In this document: positions 63,383-64,000 of the stretch, one piece after another
Position numbering within the stretch: position 1 is the stretch's first letter
Layout of the letters: each line of letters starts with the position of its first letter
DNA from: Hemiscyllium ocellatum
Taxonomy: Eukaryota
Assembly (NCBI RefSeq): GCF_020745735.1
Contig: NC_083420.1
Coordinates: forward strand, 30,194,001 to 30,258,000
Direction: 5' to 3'
Length of the DNA stretch: 64,000 nucleotides
The notes under the pieces: generated by a model
The model's database searches: none
What the model saw: the letters and a program-made list of their open reading frames with translations, nothing else
Told to the model about the DNA's origin: nothing
Position numbers and translations under genes: made by a program

Positions 63383-64000
63383 TTGAATAATAACATTTTA
63401 CTGAAATCACTGCTAATTAGTGTTTGTCCCTAAAGACAGATTGTTACAGCCAAACAGCTCACCGCTTTTTTTGACATGTCTCTCTTAAGGTTTTGGCATG
63501 GCCCTCTGCTACTCTGTGAGCAGTTGGATGAGTGAAATGCGCTCACTACTTTCACCCCTTCCCCTCCTGCTCCCACAAATCCTTCAGTTAAAGCTTGGGT
63601 ACTCTCAGATCTCACCCTTTCTCCACCTACTCCATTGAATTGTCTGGGTTAAATCTTATATATTAACTGGCCTTACCCTTTCCCCACATGCTCCTGCAAA
63701 TTCTCTAGTTAAAGTTTATATGCTCATCCTTTCTCTACCTGCATCAGCCTTGACTGCACTCCTCAGCAAGTAGGTGAACTGATATACTATGTCTCTTGTA
63801 AGATATAGGTGACACACTGAATGGACAAAGTGAAGAATTGAGACATAACACAACATTTCCTCTTCTGCCAAATGTAAAACCTATCCCAAACAGATAGAAA
63901 TATTTGTACATAGGCAGGACTCTCAATTCAATGATTACACCAACAGATGAAGCAGCATTTACAAGACCAGTACTTCAAACTTCAATGTGGTACTTTATAG

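Noticed and set aside
1-64000. CRISPR arrays, operons or other prokaryotic systems
   Set aside because: Vertebrate repeat landscape; no regularly spaced repeat-spacer array and no gene-dense ORFs.

Overview
This is non-coding vertebrate DNA, intergenic or deep-intronic, and almost certainly from a shark. The repeat content fits elasmobranchs: HE1-type V-SINEs, CR1/HER1-type LINEs and Penelope-type palindromes. The young SINE subfamily with (AATCT)n tails suggests a bamboo or epaulette shark, which is inference. I recognise no host protein-coding exon. A large share of the window is transposon-derived. It includes about 9 HE1-like SINEs, other tRNA-derived SINEs, and many CR1 fragments, one nearly full length with an SGNH-esterase ORF1 and an internal deletion. 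It also holds L2-type and Rex1 fragments, a decayed Gypsy element, solo or partial LTRs, Harbinger transposase and Myb/SANT relics, and a gapped 3-kb compound GT minisatellite. The most interesting signal is a set of small inverted-repeat, Penelope-derived elements from three families. They carry recognisable minimal type-I hammerhead ribozyme cores, nearly all with inactivating substitutions, and at least two are flanked by target-site duplications. The unique DNA between repeats contains candidate regulatory elements. These include a ~190-bp direct repeat pair bracketing an ~820-bp block with a perfect 24-bp palindrome overlapping a Sox-Oct motif, and two ~85-nt hairpins with inverted TF-like sites. 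Family assignments come from recalled consensus features, not from database searches.
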